Source: a virus (taxonomy: Duplodnaviria > Caudoviricetes). Taken from it: a stretch of 47,464 nt of DNA. This document shows positions 44,553 to 47,464 of the stretch, piece after piece. Numbering within the stretch: position 1 is the stretch's first letter; each line of letters starts with the position of its first letter. Below the pieces are notes generated by a model. It did not search any database. It saw only the letters and a list, made by a program, of their open reading frames with translations, and was not told the origin of the DNA. A program made the position numbers and the translations under genes. The stretch is taken from IMG/VR virus record IMGVR_UViG_3300049919_000106, positions 1 through 47,464 of that record; one strand, written 5' to 3'.

Positions 44553-45071
44553 ATGGCATTTAAGAAAATCGGAAGCCTTGATACTCATGGTGCTCCAGTG
44601 CTACGAAGAGGTATAATCACCAACAGTTTGGCTACAACCATCCTAGATTCAGTTAAACTGACATCAGGTTTCGTTGCTGCTGCTACTGCAGGTACTCTCG
44701 TCTTCGGTCACATTGTAGCTCATAAAGTTTCACGAGGTACAGGTCTTACCACTACAGGTGTAGCTGGTGCAGAATTTGGTTCTTACGTAAATACTTATAC
44801 AGCAGCTTCTAACAACCAGACTGTAAGTCAAGTTGTAGCTGAGGTAGATATTTCAAAGACTACTCTATACAGTGCAGAATTGAGTGCTGCTATTGGTACA
44901 ACTACTGGATCTAACCTAGCTGGTTACTTCATGGATGTAACTGATAAGGATACTCTAAACGAGGCTTCAGCAGTTGCAACTACAGCTCAATACTTCAACT
45001 GGGGTGTTGATCCTGATAATACAGCTCAAGCAGTCGTAAACATTTATGAGAGTCAAGTATTTGGCGTTTAA
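44553..45071 (+). CDS. capsid decoration/cement protein
   Basis: Ala/Thr-rich beta protein immediately before the MCP. Confidence 0.6.
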   Translation: MAFKKIGSLDTHGAPVLRRGIITNSLATTILDSVKLTSGFVAAATAGTLVFGHIVAHKVSRGTGLTTTGVAGAEFGSYVNTYTAASNNQTVSQVVAEVDISKTTLYSAELSAAIGTTTGSNLAGYFMDVTDKDTLNEASAVATTAQYFNWGVDPDNTAQAVVNIYESQVFGV

Positions 45072-45084
45072 GCAATAAAATAAT

Positions 45085-46050
45085 ATGGAATCACGTGGAT
45101 CGTGGACAGACCTTATTGCTGGAGTAGGTCTTCAAATCTCAGAGGTCTTTGACCAAGGAGCAGAGGAATATACCCCAGGGATCGGTAGTGTTCTAATTCA
45201 AACATCAGGTGATGGAGCTGAAAAGCACTTCTCTGGTAAAACAGGTCTAGGCCGTCTTTCTCGCTTTGAGGAAGGTGATGATCTAGCAATCTCTCGCCGA
45301 TACAAGACTTACACAACTTCAGTTGCGTATAACTTCTACGGTGAAGGTGTCCAAGTTACAAAGGCAAATATCGAAGATCGAGATTTCTCTGCACAACTTG
45401 ACGAAATGAAGGATCTATCAGTTGCTGCTAACTTCTCACAAGATGAGTCAGGTATGCAATTGTTCAATGGTGGTTTTGCTACAACTCAGGTTGTACGAGG
45501 CTACAAGCTCAATTTCTATGGTGATGCAGTACCAACCTTCTCTACAGTACACCCTACAGTAGTACCAGGTGCAAGTTCACAATCAAACGCATCTGCTTCG
45601 GGAATTGTATTTGGACATGATAACCTTGAAACCGCTAAAGTTGCAATGACTTTGCAAAAAACAGATGATGGTATTCCTATGGCTATGGCTGGAAAACCAA
45701 CACTTGTTCTCCCTCTTATTCTTGAACGATCAGCTCGTGAAATCACTGAGTCTGAACTAGTAGCAGAAAACGGAAACAATGCTATTAATGTACACCGAGG
45801 TACAACTGACATGGTAACTACAATGTTCCTTGATTCAGCCAACGGTGGAAGTAACACAGCATGGTTCCTAGTTGTTCCAGGTCGTAGTAAGATGTACCAC
45901 GAAGTACGTCAAGCTCCAGAACTCGAAACTGATGTAGATATTCTTTCTAAGAATGCTACCTTCACTATTGATGCTCGATGGGCTAACTACGTAAAGGACT
46001 GGAGGCGAACATGGGGATCTAAAGGCGATAGTGCTGCATACTCAAGCTAA
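45085..46050 (+). CDS. major capsid protein (Mu gpT-like HK97 fold)
   Basis: 321 aa; EGD...YGEGVQVTK...IED...FSTVHP...LVLPLIL...AWFL...DWRRTWGS. Confidence 0.85.
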   Translation: MESRGSWTDLIAGVGLQISEVFDQGAEEYTPGIGSVLIQTSGDGAEKHFSGKTGLGRLSRFEEGDDLAISRRYKTYTTSVAYNFYGEGVQVTKANIEDRDFSAQLDEMKDLSVAANFSQDESGMQLFNGGFATTQVVRGYKLNFYGDAVPTFSTVHPTVVPGASSQSNASASGIVFGHDNLETAKVAMTLQKTDDGIPMAMAGKPTLVLPLILERSAREITESELVAENGNNAINVHRGTTDMVTTMFLDSANGGSNTAWFLVVPGRSKMYHEVRQAPELETDVDILSKNATFTIDARWANYVKDWRRTWGSKGDSAAYSS

Positions 46051-46057
46051 TACTAAC

Positions 46058-46095
46058 CTTTATCTGTCACTCTCACTGAGGGTGGCAGAATAAAG
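46058..46095 (+). terminator. hairpin after MCP (terminator/attenuator or processing site)
   Basis: CTTTAT-CTGTCACTCTC-act-GAGGGTGGCAG-a-ATAAAG; no U-tract. Confidence 0.5.
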
Positions 46096-46138
46096 ATTGA
46101 AATTAGTCAGTCTTATATAAGAATTACGATAAAGAATT

Positions 46139-46546
46139 ATGTCAAAAATAACGACTTTTACTAAACTACAGGCAACTGAAAATCTACTTGATAATACTCA
46201 AGTATCAACAATTACAACAGCAGCCGCAGTAACATTTACAGCAGCTCAATTACTAGGTAATCTTGTTCTACGAGATCCAAATGGTCTTGCGAGAGCAGAT
46301 GTGCTTCCAACAGCAGCTTCTCTTTATGCAGCTCTTGAAAATCCAGTTAAGGTTGCAGGTCTTACTTTTAGATTTACAATCCGAAATACAGCAGATGCCG
46401 CAGAAACTATTACATTGACAGCAAACACTGGAGCTACAATTAGTGGAACTGCTACTATTGCTCAAAGTAACTCTAAGGAATTTATGATTGTAATGACTTC
46501 ACCAACAGCTTACGTAGCTTATTCTCTAGGAACAGTTGTTTACTAA
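46139..46546 (+). CDS. capsid accessory protein
   Basis: Thr/Ala-rich; LPTAASL...FRFTIRN...ITLTA pattern, after MCP. Confidence 0.6.
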   Translation: MSKITTFTKLQATENLLDNTQVSTITTAAAVTFTAAQLLGNLVLRDPNGLARADVLPTAASLYAALENPVKVAGLTFRFTIRNTADAAETITLTANTGATISGTATIAQSNSKEFMIVMTSPTAYVAYSLGTVVY

Positions 46547-46547
46547 T

Positions 46548-46694
46548 ATGAACAGTTTTAATTATTCATCTATCTTTCTTGATAGCTTAAAATCTGCACC
46601 TGCTTTTAAGAAACGAAATAAGCCAGCAAACACTATTAAACAATATGGTGATGCAGGTTACAAGCCTTCGACTGGTAAGGGTGTAGGATACTAA
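46548..46694 (+). CDS. small basic protein (48 aa)
   Basis: MNSFNYSSIFLDSLKSAPAFKKRNK...; fills the gap with 1-nt spacers. Confidence 0.5.
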   Translation: MNSFNYSSIFLDSLKSAPAFKKRNKPANTIKQYGDAGYKPSTGKGVGY

Positions 46695-46695
46695 T

Positions 46696-46914
46696 ATGAT
46701 TATACAAAACCCGATTGACAAAGAGATTCGAGTAACTATCTTTGGTGTAGAGTATGTTCTTCCAGCCAATGGGGAACTTAAGAATATACCAGACAATGTT
46801 GCTGAATATTGGTTCAAAGAACTACATGAGTTTCTTATTGTAAAGGAAGACTCTAAACAAGCTACAATTGTAGAAGCTATAAAGGAAGAAATTAAAAGCA
46901 AGAAGACTAAGTAA
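46696..46914 (+). CDS. hypothetical protein
   Basis: 72 aa in the structural operon. Confidence 0.65.
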   Translation: MIIQNPIDKEIRVTIFGVEYVLPANGELKNIPDNVAEYWFKELHEFLIVKEDSKQATIVEAIKEEIKSKKTK

Positions 46915-46926
46915 TAATATATAAAT

Positions 46927-47256
46927 ATGGGGCCAAGAAATACACCAGATCTCCCAGGAGAGAGAGAAGGAGAGATGATACCATTAACGATAGATAAAGT
47001 TGCTCTTCTTGAAACATACGATACTACAATTGATACAGCCCAGGACATTACTCTTGAGGTGGCTACATCTCTTATAGAGGTAAATGCAATCGGTCAGGGT
47101 ATTTTTCTAAAGTATGCGACAGGAGTAACTTCATCAGACTTTGATGAGTATATCCAAGAAGGACAAACTAGACACTACGTCAAACCAAATGGGGTTACTG
47201 CAATCTCATACATTGGAATAGCAGTAGGAGGTGCAGCCGTAATAATTCAAAAATAA
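46927..47256 (+). CDS. putative virion protein
   Basis: 109 aa beta-rich, directly before the spike fibre gene. Confidence 0.6.
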   Translation: MGPRNTPDLPGEREGEMIPLTIDKVALLETYDTTIDTAQDITLEVATSLIEVNAIGQGIFLKYATGVTSSDFDEYIQEGQTRHYVKPNGVTAISYIGIAVGGAAVIIQK

Positions 47257-47258
47257 CT

Positions 47259-47464
47259 ATGCTTAACCTAAACAATCTCAATAATCTCAATAGTTTAGGA
47301 AAAAATAGTGGTTTACCCTGGTACACCTCTGGCTCCCTGGCTCTTAATGGTGTCATGCCGACACTTGCTCACCAGTACGCTAACAACCGCTATGCACAGT
47401 ACGAATCCATCACAAACAATCTAACCTACTCACAAGATATAGGAGATGCTTCTTGGTCTAAAAC
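47259..47464 (+). CDS. N-terminal part of head-spike/fibre protein (3'-truncated)
   Basis: MLNLNNLNNLNSLG...ESITNNLTYSQDIGDASWSK, open to the window end; E-x-x-TN-xL-xYS motif of spike fibres. Confidence 0.6.
   Translation, partial: MLNLNNLNNLNSLGKNSGLPWYTSGSLALNGVMPTLAHQYANNRYAQYESITNNLTYSQDIGDASWSK

Noticed and set aside
46587-47048. 153-aa minus-strand ORF and similar antisense ORFs over structural genes
   Set aside because: Shadows of tightly packed plus-strand genes

Overview
The window is a near-complete, apparently circularly permuted ~47.5 kb dsDNA tailed-phage genome. It looks podovirus-like: P22-type portal, putative ejection proteins, no tape measure, and no DNA polymerase or integrase seen. 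The + strand carries packaging, capsid, lysis, tail and ejection genes (38.7-47.5 kb, continuing at 1-14 kb). The - strand carries early, replication and accessory genes (37.7 down to 14.2 kb): GroEL/GroES, NinG, dNMP kinase, an RNase H-like exonuclease, primase-helicase with a separate zinc-finger gene, a PNKP + RNA ligase pair, two free-standing endonucleases, a replication initiator and a phiEco32-type peptide-ligase cluster. AT-rich Shine-Dalgarno-less starts and a lysozyme-like gene of a type I associate with Parcubacteria suggest a Patescibacteria (CPR) host; this is inference. The most unusual region is 18.4-21.3 kb. It holds (i) a non-coding RNA operon (a ~157-nt kissing-loop RNA, tRNA-Trp, tRNA-Met, an 85-nt rod RNA and a tRNA-like element with an abnormal anticodon arm) and (ii) a ~1.1 kb GC-rich, CTAG-free cassette of five small genes that all carry SD sites. 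That cassette is driven by a phage-type promoter through a structured leader with a boxA-like motif, and ends in a GATTCATTTC hairpin followed by a second tRNA-like element. All calls are by eye; no searches or folding programs were run.
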